Below, piece by piece: positions 1 to 10,244 of a stretch of DNA of 63,451 nt; position 1 is the stretch's first letter; the number at the start of each line of letters is the position of its first letter. The stretch covers positions 1 to 63,451 of the forward strand of contig CAJKWD010000003.1 in NCBI GenBank assembly GCA_905203475.1. The letters run 5' to 3'. This DNA comes from an uncultured Acholeplasmataceae bacterium (lineage in GTDB: Bacteria; Bacillota_I; Bacilli_A; RF39; UBA660). The position numbers and the translations under genes are program-made. Below the pieces are notes generated by a model. The model ran no database searches, was not told the DNA's origin, and saw only the letters and a list, made by a program, of their open reading frames with translations.

Positions 1-939
1 GATGGAGTCCCAGTAGGACCACTTCCAAGTGATGGAGTAGATATGGGAGGACAAGTTGTAGAGTTAGTGACCTCAGGAGACGGATTATACGAAGATCAAT
101 ATGAAAGTGGAAGATATATCTATCGAGGAAGTGAACCAGATAATTACATTCAGTTTAATAATGAATTATGGAGAATTATAGCCAAAGAGACAGATGGAAC
201 CTATAAGATTATTAGAGATGAATTATTGCCACAAAACGAAAATTATACAACCATGGCATATGATTCCAGCTATCATCGTACAACAGAAAAGAATACATAT
301 TGTACAAATTCATTTCATGGATGTGGAGTGTTTGCAGCAGTATCAGGAACATTCCAAACACCAGATGGAAAGTATAGTGGAACAGTGACAGAAGATTCCA
401 GTATAAAACAGTATTTAAATGATACATATTATCCAACATTAACTGGAACAGCGAAGACACAAATGCAAAGTCATACTTTCAATATAGGAAGTGTACAATA
501 TTTAGATGAAAGTGGAAATGATAGTATCGCAAAGAATATCGCTGGAGAAAAAATGTACCAATGGACAGGAAATGTAGGACTTGTGAATGTCAGTGATTTA
601 TTGAGAGCAAGTACAAATATCGCATGTACATCGGCAACAAATCAATATGAACAGTTAGATCAAAAAAATTCAGCACCAATTGTAACATGTGATAGTAATT
701 TTTTATTAAATGATTTTTCTTTACCAGTTTCTTATTGGACAATTAATGCAGCTTCTATGGAGTCTCAAAACAACTCATTTTATGTTTGGTTTGCAGCATA
801 TGATGATGGTATGGGGGTTTTTGGTTATGATTATGCGCGTTTTGGTGGCACAGGTATCCGTCCAGTTGTATTCTTAAAATCATCTATTCAAGTCACTGGA
901 GGAAATGGTACAAAATCAAATCCATACATTATACAGTAA
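1..939 (+). CDS. Secreted/surface hypothetical protein, 5'-truncated by window edge
   Basis: Frame 1 is open from base 1 to the stop at 939. Thr/Asn/Gly-rich, no cytoplasmic enzyme motifs. A hairpin plus T-run follows the stop (939-963). Confidence 0.55.
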   Translation, partial: DGVPVGPLPSDGVDMGGQVVELVTSGDGLYEDQYESGRYIYRGSEPDNYIQFNNELWRIIAKETDGTYKIIRDELLPQNENYTTMAYDSSYHRTTEKNTYCTNSFHGCGVFAAVSGTFQTPDGKYSGTVTEDSSIKQYLNDTYYPTLTGTAKTQMQSHTFNIGSVQYLDESGNDSIAKNIAGEKMYQWTGNVGLVNVSDLLRASTNIACTSATNQYEQLDQKNSAPIVTCDSNFLLNDFSLPVSYWTINAASMESQNNSFYVWFAAYDDGMGVFGYDYARFGGTGIRPVVFLKSSIQVTGGNGTKSNPYIIQ

Positions 940-1000
940 ACAAGTAAGCGATTACTTGTTTTTATATGAATAATTCGGTATAATGAATGCGGTGAAGTGT

Positions 1001-1711
1001 ATGCAGAGATATTTTGCTTTAGAGAGGATTAGAAATGAATTTACTTTAAGTAAGGAAGATTGTTTTCATATCTTACGTGTGATGAGATTAAAAGAGGATG
1101 AACAAATAGAAATTGTCCATGATGGAAATGTTTATCTATGTACTTTAAAAGATGTAAATATAGCAGTTCGTTTTGTAATTGAAAAAATAATTGAAAGAGG
1201 TAAAGACGAACGTGGTATGATTGTTGTTGCACCATTTTTGAAAGAGACAAAAATGAGTTATATTTTACAAAAGGGAACGGAAATGGGAGCTACTGAATTT
1301 ATCTTTTTCCCTGCTCATTATGGAGTAATTAAGATGGATGAAGAAAAATTACAGAAGAGAACTGCACGATGGAAGAAAATCGTAAAAGAAGCGAGTGAAC
1401 AATCAAAAAGAACTTCTATTCCAATAGTTCGTTCAATTTCTAATTTACAAGAATTAGAGGGAATAGAAGGTGTTAAGTTTGTGTGTAGTACACGAGAAAA
1501 GAAAGAAACTTTGAAAATGTTTTTGCAATCACAGTCTGATTGTGATACACTTGTATTAGTAATTGGTCCTGAAGGAGGACTAGATGAAGAAGAAGAAAAA
1601 CAACTAAACGATATGGGATTTACAAGTGTTTCATTAGGCTCTAGAATTCTTCGTGTAGAAAGTGTTCCATTATTTGTGTTAAGTTGTTTTAACTATGAAT
1701 TTATGGAGTGA
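1001..1711 (+). CDS. rsmE: 16S rRNA (uracil1498-N3)-methyltransferase RsmE
   Basis: N-terminus MQRYF typical of RsmE. C-terminal GPEGG...LG.RILR(V)E(S/T) SPOUT motif. The ATG at 1001 follows GGTGA. Confidence 0.85.
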   Translation: MQRYFALERIRNEFTLSKEDCFHILRVMRLKEDEQIEIVHDGNVYLCTLKDVNIAVRFVIEKIIERGKDERGMIVVAPFLKETKMSYILQKGTEMGATEFIFFPAHYGVIKMDEEKLQKRTARWKKIVKEASEQSKRTSIPIVRSISNLQELEGIEGVKFVCSTREKKETLKMFLQSQSDCDTLVLVIGPEGGLDEEEEKQLNDMGFTSVSLGSRILRVESVPLFVLSCFNYEFME

Positions 1712-1716
1712 TTGGT

Positions 1717-2520
1717 ATGAATATAATAAATACATTTGTTCATAGTGAGTTGTTTTTTTACGCACTCATTGTTTTGTTTGTTATTGTTTTAATTATCTTT
1801 GGAATTGTTGTATATATCGAATGTCGAAAGTTAAAAATCAATGAAGAACAATTAGGAGTAGAGAAACCACAAGAGACACCAAAACCAAAAATAGAAAAGG
1901 TAGAAAAAGAAAAGATAGAACCGAAACATGAGGAAGAGATTGAAGTATTACAACCACAAGAAGAGATTACAAAGATAGAAACAAAAGAACCTGAACAAAA
2001 GTTAGAAAATACATCTTCTTTAGAAATAGAGCGTTTATTAGCTCGTATGAAGGAAGATTTAAAAAATGAAGAATCAAATCCAGAAAGATTTGAAAGAGAA
2101 CAAGAAGAACAAGCAATTATCAGTTATGAAGAATTAGTACAAGCTGTTAAAAATCAAGAAAATATGGATATTGATAGTCAAACACCAATTAGTAACCGTG
2201 AATTAGAAAAGCAAATTGAGAAAATGAAACAACATGAAAAAGAACAAGAAGAAAAGAAGAGTGGTTTTCATACCAGTCAATTTATTTCTCCTGTATATGG
2301 AGTTCAAAAAGAAAAAAAGCAGGTTCCTGATTTAAAAAAGGAATTGAATCAATTTCAACATGAATTTCAATTTGATATAGAAGATATAAATAGATCTGAG
2401 AAGAAAGAGTCGGAATTTTCTAAGATAGAAGAACATGTTGATACAAATACGAGTGATGAAGTAAATAAAAATGTAGAATTTTTAGATTCTTTAAAAGAGT
2501 TTAGAAAAAATTTAGAATAG
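1717..2520 (+). CDS. Membrane-anchored Glu/Lys-rich hypothetical protein
   Basis: One N-terminal TM helix, then a low-complexity E/K-rich region. The ATG at 1717 follows GGAGTG. Hairpin terminator after the stop. Confidence 0.6.
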   Translation: MNIINTFVHSELFFYALIVLFVIVLIIFGIVVYIECRKLKINEEQLGVEKPQETPKPKIEKVEKEKIEPKHEEEIEVLQPQEEITKIETKEPEQKLENTSSLEIERLLARMKEDLKNEESNPERFEREQEEQAIISYEELVQAVKNQENMDIDSQTPISNRELEKQIEKMKQHEKEQEEKKSGFHTSQFISPVYGVQKEKKQVPDLKKELNQFQHEFQFDIEDINRSEKKESEFSKIEEHVDTNTSDEVNKNVEFLDSLKEFRKNLE

Positions 2521-2553
2521 GTCATCTGACCTATTTTTAGTAAGGAGTGAAAT

Positions 2554-3861
2554 ATGTTAATTTCAATATATACGTTAGGGTGTAAAGTAAATACCTATGA
2601 ATCTAATGTAATTATGGAACAGTTTCAAAAATTAGGCTATCAACAAGCTAAAGAAAACGCGGATGTAGTTGTAATTAATACTTGTAGTGTTACGAATACA
2701 GCAAGTCGTAAGTCTATTAAAATGATTCATCAGGCTATACGTAAAAATCCCAATGCTGTTGTTGTGGTTTGTGGCTGTATGAGTCAAGTTGAAACAGATG
2801 AAATAAAGAAAATTGAAGTAGTTCATGTTATATTAGGTAACTGGGGCAAAAGTCATATTCCTGACTTTGTCAAAGAATATTTAGATAAAAAAGAACAGAT
2901 TATTTCTATTAAACCTTTAGAAACAGTTCAATTTGAATGTATGCAGCTAGAGAATTTTAATCGTACTAGAGCTTTTATTAAAATTCAAGATGGTTGTGAA
3001 AATTTCTGTAGTTATTGTATTATTCCTTATGCTAGAGGACATGTAAGAAGCAGAAGCAAAGAAGATATCATGAAAGAAGCTAAAAGCCTCATTCAAAATG
3101 GACATCATGAAATTGTTTTAACAGGAATTCATACTGGACATTATGGTAGTGACTTAAACGATTATCACTTTAGTGATTTGTTGTATGATTTATTACAAAT
3201 TGAAGGATTAGAACGTCTTCGCATTTCTTCTATTGAAATGAATGAAATTACAGATGAGGTTATTGCTCTTATGAAGCAGTATCCAGTTTTAGTAGATCAT
3301 ATGCATATTCCACTACAAAGTGGTTGTGATAAGATTTTAAAATTGATGCATCGTAAATACAACTTGAAAGAGTTTGAAAAGAAATTAGAAGATATTCGTG
3401 CTGTTCGTCCTGAAATATCAATTACGACAGATGTGATTGTTGGTTTTCCGACTGAGACAGAAGAAGATTTTCAGGAAACTATAGAAACTGTTCAGAAATT
3501 TCAGTTTTCTAAGATTCATGTATTTCCATATTCGCGTCGTAAAGGAACCGTAGCGGATGAAATGGATGGACAAATTGATGAGAAAGTAAAAAAAGATAGA
3601 ACAAGACGTTTAATTGCAATTTCAGAACAATTAGAGAGAAAGTATCATGAGAAATTTTTAGATCGAACTGTTACAGTAATTCCAGAAACTTATAAAGATG
3701 GTATGCTAATGGGACATACTGGTAATTATTTATTGGTTAAAGTACTTGGAGATGAAAGTTTATTACATCAGACGATTGCAGTAAAATTGACAGGGGTAGA
3801 TGGACTTTATATGACAGGTATTTTGGTATCTTCTTTGTCAGATAGTTCTGTTTTATGTTAA
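2554..3861 (+). CDS. mtaB: tRNA t6A37 methylthiotransferase MtaB (radical SAM)
   Basis: N-terminal YTLGCKVN.YES (UPF0004 domain), CxxxCxxC radical-SAM motif (CENFCSYC), C-terminal TRAM-like region. Confidence 0.88.
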   Translation: MLISIYTLGCKVNTYESNVIMEQFQKLGYQQAKENADVVVINTCSVTNTASRKSIKMIHQAIRKNPNAVVVVCGCMSQVETDEIKKIEVVHVILGNWGKSHIPDFVKEYLDKKEQIISIKPLETVQFECMQLENFNRTRAFIKIQDGCENFCSYCIIPYARGHVRSRSKEDIMKEAKSLIQNGHHEIVLTGIHTGHYGSDLNDYHFSDLLYDLLQIEGLERLRISSIEMNEITDEVIALMKQYPVLVDHMHIPLQSGCDKILKLMHRKYNLKEFEKKLEDIRAVRPEISITTDVIVGFPTETEEDFQETIETVQKFQFSKIHVFPYSRRKGTVADEMDGQIDEKVKKDRTRRLIAISEQLERKYHEKFLDRTVTVIPETYKDGMLMGHTGNYLLVKVLGDESLLHQTIAVKLTGVDGLYMTGILVSSLSDSSVLC

Positions 3862-3885
3862 AATAAAGAAGAAGAGGGGATGACT

Positions 3886-4839
3886 ATGAAATTTAGTGTG
3901 ATTGTAGCTGTTGATCCGAATAGGCAGACAGTAAAAAAATTATTAGATACATTAAAAGTACAGACTTATACAAATTATGAAGTGATTTTGGTGGTAGATG
4001 ATCAAGCAATTAGCTTACACCAACTAATCACTCCGTATTTAACCGATCCACGTTTTCACATGGTATTAAAAACATATCGTGGTGTGGCAGCAGCTCGTAA
4101 TTTTGGAATGGAAAATAGTTCTGGAGATTATATTCTATTTTGCGATGATGATGATTATGTGGATTCTGATTTCTTAGAACAATTATCTGTTGCTGCAATA
4201 GATAATCCAGGTATTGATATGATTAAATATCAACCTCAATTAGTTGATGCGAATGGTCAGGTACTTCGTCGTATATTTGATACTGCCTTTTCAAGATTGA
4301 CAACATTAGAAGCATTCCGTATTTTAATTCAAGGAGATTATGTTGAGCCAGCTGTTTTATATGCATATCGTTCTGCTTTTTTAAAGGAACATAAATTGTT
4401 ATTTCAAGAAGGAAAAAGTGAATGTGATTTCGGGTTTGTTCCACTTGCCTTGGTATATGCGAAAATGATTATGAGTTTAACATATGCTGGCTTTTATTTC
4501 ACAAAAAGAAATCATAGACAATTCGTTACGAGTTCTGAACAGGCAACACGTATTGTGTATGATACGTTGTTTCAATATGATTATATGATGAAGAAAATAG
4601 ATACAGATGAAACAATTTCTGATGAATTAAAGAAAACCTTTTTCGATTATATTTCTTATAATGTGATATTAAAAGGAACACTTCTTCCTGATGACGCGAT
4701 TCCAGCTTATACATTGGAACTAAACAAAAGAAGTGTTACTAAATATTTACATGCTAATACCATTTCAAAATTTATTACTAAAATGAAAATCGAAAGAGAT
4801 ATGGATGCTTTCATTAAAAAGAATAAGACTAAAAAATAG
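3886..4839 (+). CDS. Glycosyltransferase family 2
   Basis: FSVIVAV...Q(T)Y.NYEVILVVDD and a DDDD motif typical of GT-A/GT2. Confidence 0.75.
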   Translation: MKFSVIVAVDPNRQTVKKLLDTLKVQTYTNYEVILVVDDQAISLHQLITPYLTDPRFHMVLKTYRGVAAARNFGMENSSGDYILFCDDDDYVDSDFLEQLSVAAIDNPGIDMIKYQPQLVDANGQVLRRIFDTAFSRLTTLEAFRILIQGDYVEPAVLYAYRSAFLKEHKLLFQEGKSECDFGFVPLALVYAKMIMSLTYAGFYFTKRNHRQFVTSSEQATRIVYDTLFQYDYMMKKIDTDETISDELKKTFFDYISYNVILKGTLLPDDAIPAYTLELNKRSVTKYLHANTISKFITKMKIERDMDAFIKKNKTKK

Positions 4840-4847
4840 GTGATAGT

Positions 4848-5357
4848 ATGTTTGTTTCCATTGTAGTTTTGTGTAATAGTGAACGTGTAAATGCATTAAA
4901 AGAACGATTAGATGTTATTTTAAAACGTGTTTCATTTTCATATGAATTAGTTTTTGTCTTTCGTTCTCGCTCTGTTTATTTAGAAAAACGTCCAAAGGAT
5001 TGTGCTAAATTTGTATGTCTACAAAATTTCTGTGGGACTAGAAAACAAATAAAAAAAGTATTAGATGTAATAGAAGGAAATTATGTTGCTGTTTTGTCTC
5101 CAGATATTAAAAATAGTCCATATTATATGGTAGATAGCTTAGAATTAATGGAAACAAATTCATATGATATGGTTACAATGATAGATGAAGTATTACCTTA
5201 TTCTTCTGTTCAAAAATTCATTACGAAAATAAAACATATTTTATTTCCTACGAACGTATTTTATGTTTGTAAACGAAGTGTACTAGAAAAGAAAGCGTTA
5301 AACAAAGATATATCTAATTGCTCTGTTTATTATTTACCTTATGAAATAGAAAAATAA
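4848..5357 (+). CDS. Hypothetical protein (short GT-A-like N-terminus)
   Basis: ORF with AGGTGA RBS, downstream of the GT2 gene. No clear catalytic motif. Confidence 0.5.
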   Translation: MFVSIVVLCNSERVNALKERLDVILKRVSFSYELVFVFRSRSVYLEKRPKDCAKFVCLQNFCGTRKQIKKVLDVIEGNYVAVLSPDIKNSPYYMVDSLELMETNSYDMVTMIDEVLPYSSVQKFITKIKHILFPTNVFYVCKRSVLEKKALNKDISNCSVYYLPYEIEK

Positions 5358-5378
5358 AAAAGATTGTCATGAATTTTA

Positions 5379-5432
5379 TTGACATTCTTTTTTTCATGCG
5401 TTATACTTTAAATAGTAGTAACCATTACTACT
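5379..5432 (+). promoter_or_regulatory. Sigma-A-type promoter plus 19-bp palindromic operator upstream of the Fur-family gene
   Basis: TTGACA (5379-5384), 17-nt spacer, TATACT (5402-5407). A perfect inverted repeat AGTAGTAA-cca-TTACTACT (5414-5432) lies just downstream of the -10. Confidence 0.6.
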
Positions 5433-5446
5433 TATGAGGTGATGAC

Positions 5447-5854
5447 ATGCGCTATTCCAAACAAAGAGAAACCATATTGAGTGTCGTAAATCATAGTAGT
5501 GATCATCCTACTGCAGAAATGGTTTATCAGGAGGTAAAAAAGGAGATTCCTAATATCAGTCTAGGAACAGTATACCGTAATTTGAATGCTCTAGCAGATG
5601 CATCTCAAATCAAAAGAATTAGTATTCCAAAAGATGTTGATCATTATGATCACCGCCATGATGAACATTATCATTTTTGTTGTACAGAATGTCATCAATT
5701 ATATGATTTGCCAGGGACTACAATTTACCAATTAATTCATCAGTTAGAACAAGAAGAAATGGTAAAGATTGTGGATTATGAAGTTCTCTTTTATGGAATC
5801 TGCACAAAGTGTCTAAAAGGAAAGGAAGAGAGTTATGGAATTAAAAGGAAGTAA
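5447..5854 (+). CDS. Fur-family transcriptional regulator (PerR-like)
   Basis: R..I......HP.A..VY......[11 protein letters not shown] winged-helix signature, HxH and two CxxC pairs. Sits at the head of an rbr/SOR operon. Confidence 0.85.
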   Translation: MRYSKQRETILSVVNHSSDHPTAEMVYQEVKKEIPNISLGTVYRNLNALADASQIKRISIPKDVDHYDHRHDEHYHFCCTECHQLYDLPGTTIYQLIHQLEQEEMVKIVDYEVLFYGICTKCLKGKEESYGIKRK

Positions 5855-6374
5855 AACAGAACAAAATTTAATGACTGCATTTGCAGGAGAAAGTCAAGCA
5901 AGAAATAAATATACTTATTTCGCTTCAAAAGCTAAAAAAGAAGGATTTGAACAAATTGCTGCAATTTTTGAAGAAACTGCTAACAATGAAAAAGAACATG
6001 CTAAAATGTGGTTTAAATTATTAGAAGGTGGACAAATTAAATCAACTGCTGAAAACTTACTAGCAGCTGCTGAAGGTGAAAACTACGAATGGACTGATAT
6101 GTATAAAAATATGGCAAAAGATGCAAAAGAAGAAGGTTTTGATCATATCGCATATCTATTCGAAGAAGTTGCTAAAATTGAAGAACACCATGAAAATAGA
6201 TATCGTGCATTACTTGAAAATGTAAAAGAAGAAAGAGTATTTAAAAAAGACGGAGAACAAATGTGGATTTGTAGAAATTGTGGACATGTTCATTTTGGTG
6301 CTGAAGCTCCAGAAGTTTGTCCAGTATGTGCACATCCAAAAGCATATTTTGAATTAAGATGTGAAAATTATTAA
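5835..6374 (+). CDS. rbr: Rubrerythrin
   Basis: [20 protein letters not shown] diiron four-helix-bundle motifs plus a C-terminal rubredoxin CxxC...CxxC. Confidence 0.93.
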   Translation: MELKGSKTEQNLMTAFAGESQARNKYTYFASKAKKEGFEQIAAIFEETANNEKEHAKMWFKLLEGGQIKSTAENLLAAAEGENYEWTDMYKNMAKDAKEEGFDHIAYLFEEVAKIEEHHENRYRALLENVKEERVFKKDGEQMWICRNCGHVHFGAEAPEVCPVCAHPKAYFELRCENY

Positions 6375-6402
6375 TAGATAATACTTTTCATAGGAGAATA
6401 GA

Positions 6403-6765
6403 ATGATGAAGTTTTATTATGATAAAGAAAATGATATTGTTTTGCATTCTATGAATGCAAAAGAATGTCCGCAATTGGAAGAATTAGTTCCTAATACAAC
6501 GGAAGCTGCATTGGAAAAACATATTCCAATGGTAACTGCTTTAGAAAACGGTACCGCAATTCAAGTAGGAAGTACGTTGCATCCTTCTTTAGAAGAACAT
6601 TATATCGAATGGATTTATGTTGAATTAAAGAAAGGTGGAATAGAAATTCCATTTGCTTGGAATGAAGAACCAAAAGTAGTAATTCCATATGCTAAAGAAG
6701 ATATTGTAGCTGTGTATAGTTATTGTAATTTACATGGTTTATGGAAATTAGAAGATTTGTCTTAG
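6403..6765 (+). CDS. Superoxide reductase (desulfoferrodoxin/neelaredoxin family, 1Fe class)
   Basis: EKHIP, HP..EEHYI.WI and C.LHG.W ligand motifs. Confidence 0.8.
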   Translation: MMKFYYDKENDIVLHSMNAKECPQLEELVPNTTEAALEKHIPMVTALENGTAIQVGSTLHPSLEEHYIEWIYVELKKGGIEIPFAWNEEPKVVIPYAKEDIVAVYSYCNLHGLWKLEDLS

Positions 6766-6825
6766 TTATGTTCTAGACAAATCTTTTTTTTCGTGCTAAC
6801 ATTTTTATAGATAATAGGTGATAGT

Positions 6826-7656
6826 ATGAAAGACGAAAATAATCAAAATTTATTTGAAACTGTATTTCAAGGAGTAGAACCACCAAAAGATACAAATATA
6901 AACGATGGAACAGTGAATACTGAAAATATAAAAGAAGCAATCAAAGCACCTGAAATACATTCAGATGAGCCATCAGCACGAGAATCACAACCGAGTCCGG
7001 TAGAACAATCATCAGTAGTGAATCCGGCGGTGATAACAGATCAAACAGAGTTAAACGCACAATCAATTTCAACTACAGAAATGCCAGTTTCTGAAAATAT
7101 ACAAGGATTACAAACAATACAATCTGATATTTCAGAACAAATATCAGTTCCAATAGAAACAGATCCAGCGATTGATTCTAAAGAGATATCAACAGATAAA
7201 ACACCTGTTGATGATAAAAAATTAAATCCTCTTGTCCGTTTGATTGTCTATTTATTATTGCTTGCTGCCGTTTTATTTTCTCTTTATAATTTAATTGTTG
7301 TACCAATTATGAAAACAGCACAAGAAAAAGAAGTGGAGCATGCAAGATTAGAAAAAGTGGAAGATTATTTAAAAGCTGTTGAAGTAAGTCTTCAATCTAA
7401 TTCTGATTTACAGAAGATGGAAACTTGTCAAATTGTGTCATCAGGAAAATATTGTACTACAGATGAGGATATCATAGATGAGAGTAGTGCTTTAAAAGTA
7501 CAAACGAAACAAACTGTTGAGGGTGGCATGTTATTTTTTAGAGATGGCCTGGTCTATAGTGGATATGTTTATTTAGATGGTCATACATTTGATATTCAAG
7601 ATGGTGTTGTTAAAGAAAAAGAAGTAATAGAAGAAACACCAGAAGAAGAACAATAA
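6826..7656 (+). CDS. Hypothetical bitopic membrane protein
   Basis: Disordered S/T/E/P-rich N-terminal half, one TM helix, ~100-aa C-terminal domain, then a terminator. Confidence 0.55.
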   Translation: MKDENNQNLFETVFQGVEPPKDTNINDGTVNTENIKEAIKAPEIHSDEPSARESQPSPVEQSSVVNPAVITDQTELNAQSISTTEMPVSENIQGLQTIQSDISEQISVPIETDPAIDSKEISTDKTPVDDKKLNPLVRLIVYLLLLAAVLFSLYNLIVVPIMKTAQEKEVEHARLEKVEDYLKAVEVSLQSNSDLQKMETCQIVSSGKYCTTDEDIIDESSALKVQTKQTVEGGMLFFRDGLVYSGYVYLDGHTFDIQDGVVKEKEVIEETPEEEQ

Positions 7657-7683
7657 AAAAACTCCGTAATGGAGTTTTTTTAT
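7657..7683. terminator. Bidirectional rho-independent terminator between convergent genes
   Basis: A-run, hairpin ACTCC-gtaat-GGAGT, T-run. Confidence 0.7.
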
Positions 7684-8222
7684 AAGAATGTATGTATTTT
7701 ATAGCATAGCGTTTTCCACAAAGTATGTTTTGGAGTTTCAATTTTTTCTGGTTCATCAAAAATTGAAATCGCGTTTTCTTTTAAAAACTTTTTTTCTTGT
7801 AAATTGAAGTCATTACCAAATACATAAGCACCACGTTTTAATTGACAAGTTCTTTTTTCTTTGATGTATTCATTACAAGTTTCGTTTTCTGTTTTCTCAT
7901 ATACTGGTGCAATTAAATGCGTATCGGGTACTACTACAATATCTAGTAATTGTAATCCCAATTTCATTTTGTATAAAATATTTGCCATATTTTTTTCAAT
8001 GTAAACAGATAATTTTTCGTTCAAATTAGACATTGTTTTGAAAAAACTTTTTGTGAATTTGTTTAAATCAATTGTTTTTCCAAGTTGTTCTAAATGTAAG
8101 TATAAATTAAAGAATTGATTTACTTCTTCTAAATGAACCTCTTTTTGTTTCTTTAAAGTAGAAAGATAATTCTTAACATCACTTTCTAATACATTTGATT
8201 TTAAAGTCTGCTCAGTTTCCAT
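7680..8222 (-). CDS. Hypothetical cytoplasmic protein
   Basis: 180-aa ORF with AAGGAGAG RBS upstream on the minus strand. One of the few minus-strand genes in this part of the window. Confidence 0.55.
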   Translation of the reverse strand: METEQTLKSNVLESDVKNYLSTLKKQKEVHLEEVNQFFNLYLHLEQLGKTIDLNKFTKSFFKTMSNLNEKLSVYIEKNMANILYKMKLGLQLLDIVVVPDTHLIAPVYEKTENETCNEYIKEKRTCQLKRGAYVFGNDFNLQEKKFLKENAISIFDEPEKIETPKHTLWKTLCYKIHTFL

Positions 8223-8352
8223 ATTTCTCTCCTTTTTTTGTGAAACGACTCATATTATACCACATATTTTTATCATGTTCAAATTTTTTGACATCATACA
8301 TGTAAAGTCATGTTTTTGGGAAAATAGGTGATACTAGTTATTGGTGAGATAT

Positions 8353-9135
8353 ATGAAGATATTATATACTGGTGCAACAAGTGGAATTGCTAGGGAAGTG
8401 GTTACTTATTTAAAACACGATAGACAAATATACTGGTATTTAACTGTGCATACAAAGGAACAATTGAAACATACAAAAAAATTTTATGAACGGTGTAAAA
8501 ATATTACAGTGATGAAATTGGATATTACCAATAAAAAAGATTATCACCAATTGGATCAATTAGATATCGATCTTGTAATTCATAATGCGGCAGTTGGTTT
8601 TGGTGGTAGTCTATTTGATATACCTATAGAAAAGGTAAAAGAAAATTATGATACCAATGTTTTTGGAACATTACAATTAACACAATATTTATTTTTAAAG
8701 TTTCAACAACAAAAGCATGGTAGAATGATTTTTATGGCTTCTTTAGCGGGGATATTGCCACTTTCTTTTATTGGCAGTTATGCATCTAGTAAAGCGAGTT
8801 TGATTATGATGGCGAGGATTTTAAAGAATGAAGCAAAGTTATTAGACTTTCCATTAGATGTGATTATCATTGAACCGGGATTGTATCATACTGGCTTTAA
8901 TCAATGGTTATTTGAAAGTAAAGATACTTATATGCAGAATGATAGTTTTCAATTTCAAAGAGAGCGTATTGAAAAAAGAGAAAAATTACTGTTGCAATTT
9001 TTAGAAAAGAAAAACATGAAATCGATTGTCAAACAAATTTCTCATGCGATATATGATCCATATCCACTATCTATATATCGAGCTCCTTTTTTTCAAAGTA
9101 TAGGTGCAAAGATATATCAAATTTTATTTTGGTAA
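8353..9135 (+). CDS. SDR-family oxidoreductase
   Basis: TGATSGIA Rossmann motif, NAAVG, S...YxxxK (YASSK) catalytic motif. Confidence 0.85.
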   Translation: MKILYTGATSGIAREVVTYLKHDRQIYWYLTVHTKEQLKHTKKFYERCKNITVMKLDITNKKDYHQLDQLDIDLVIHNAAVGFGGSLFDIPIEKVKENYDTNVFGTLQLTQYLFLKFQQQKHGRMIFMASLAGILPLSFIGSYASSKASLIMMARILKNEAKLLDFPLDVIIIEPGLYHTGFNQWLFESKDTYMQNDSFQFQRERIEKREKLLLQFLEKKNMKSIVKQISHAIYDPYPLSIYRAPFFQSIGAKIYQILFW

Positions 9136-9186
9136 TTGCATTTTTCTACTTGTTTCGCTATACTAAAGAAGAAGGTAGATGATATC

Positions 9187-9660
9187 ATGAAGCAAATAGG
9201 AGTTATTATATTGGGGTGTTTTGTTTTATTATTAGCAGGATGCCAAAAACAAGAGGAGCGAGTTGTTTATGAATGCAGTTTGTGGGGAAGTTTGGAATTT
9301 TATGATGCTTCTTATGTGACTGAAATTTACAGCAAGGATCAGAAACATGTATCTAAGATTCATGTTACAAATTCTTATAGTGCTAGATGGGAAGATGTTG
9401 ATAACACAAGTTTGATGGAACAGTTAAATGCCGAAAAGTCTAGTATGTATGATACATATGAACAAGTTAGTTATGAAATTCATCAATTTGGAAATAATAT
9501 TACTGCAGAGCAGTATTTAACGTTGACAGAAAAGAATTTAAAACAGTTAGAACAAGATGAACAATATCAACAAATGATGCGTGATCACAAGCTTCCCATG
9601 GATGATTATGTCAAGTGGCTGACAAATCAAAATTATCAATGTCAAAACAAAAATAGTTGA
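9187..9660 (+). CDS. Lipoprotein, unknown function
   Basis: Signal peptide with lipobox LLAGC (MKQIGVIILGCFVLLLAGCQ). Confidence 0.65.
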   Translation: MKQIGVIILGCFVLLLAGCQKQEERVVYECSLWGSLEFYDASYVTEIYSKDQKHVSKIHVTNSYSARWEDVDNTSLMEQLNAEKSSMYDTYEQVSYEIHQFGNNITAEQYLTLTEKNLKQLEQDEQYQQMMRDHKLPMDDYVKWLTNQNYQCQNKNS

Positions 9661-9688
9661 TTGACAATCTGCTCGGATATGATATAAT
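9661..9688 (+). promoter_or_regulatory. Near-consensus extended -10 promoter driving the three tandem subunit genes
   Basis: TTGACA (9661-9666), 16-nt spacer, TGaTATAAT (9680-9688). Confidence 0.65.
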
Positions 9689-9720
9689 TGTTATAGTAAA
9701 AATAGGAGGAAGTAGAAGTT

Positions 9721-10224
9721 ATGGAAAAAAAGAATTATGTTATTATTGCATTAGTATGTGCCATTGCAGTTATGGCTGTTGGTTACTCATTACTTGCGCA
9801 AACATTAACAATCAATGGTACTGCTACAATCACAAGTAACTGGAATGTAGCAATTACAAATATTACTGAAGGAGATAATCAAGGTACAACAGCTACAAAT
9901 AAAACACCTGCCAAATACACTGGTACTTCAGCAACATTTGATGTTGAACTTGTAAAACCAGGCGATAAAATGGTTTACGATATTACAGTGTCAAACACAG
10001 GTACTTTAAATGCAAAATTAACAGGTCTTACTGTAAATCCATCTGTAACTGCAGAATCTGGAATTTATTATAAAGTAACTGGTGTAACACAAGATGTTAC
10101 AACATTAGATGCTGATAATACAAATACTGTTACTGTAGAAGTAGGATGGGCAGCTGGAGATACAACAACTCCAACAGAAAAAACTGTTCCATTAACAGTA
10201 AATTTAGTTTATACACAATATTAG
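9721..10224 (+). CDS. TasA/camelysin-like small secreted subunit, paralog 1
   Basis: N-terminal signal/anchor, conserved TLTINGTATITSNWNVAITNITEG strand, core FDVELVKPGDKMVYDITVSNTGTLNAKL. GGAGG RBS. Confidence 0.7.
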   Translation: MEKKNYVIIALVCAIAVMAVGYSLLAQTLTINGTATITSNWNVAITNITEGDNQGTTATNKTPAKYTGTSATFDVELVKPGDKMVYDITVSNTGTLNAKLTGLTVNPSVTAESGIYYKVTGVTQDVTTLDADNTNTVTVEVGWAAGDTTTPTEKTVPLTVNLVYTQY

Positions 10225-10244
10225 AAAGAAGGAGAGTTTAAATA

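Noticed and set aside
194-460. Small nested ORFs (194-388 plus, 212-460 minus), and similar 60-99-aa ORFs throughout the track (e.g. 1041-1250, 2632-2826, 4223-4444, 18271-18516, 41645-41944, 59275-59931)
   Set aside because: All lie inside longer ORFs that have clear motifs or RBSs. They are the frame-shadow ORFs expected in AT-rich DNA.
9657-9839. 60-aa ORF across the subunit promoter and the paralog 1 start
   Set aside because: It overlaps a consensus promoter and the 5' end of a strongly supported gene in another frame. Its Cys/Tyr-rich translation is implausible.
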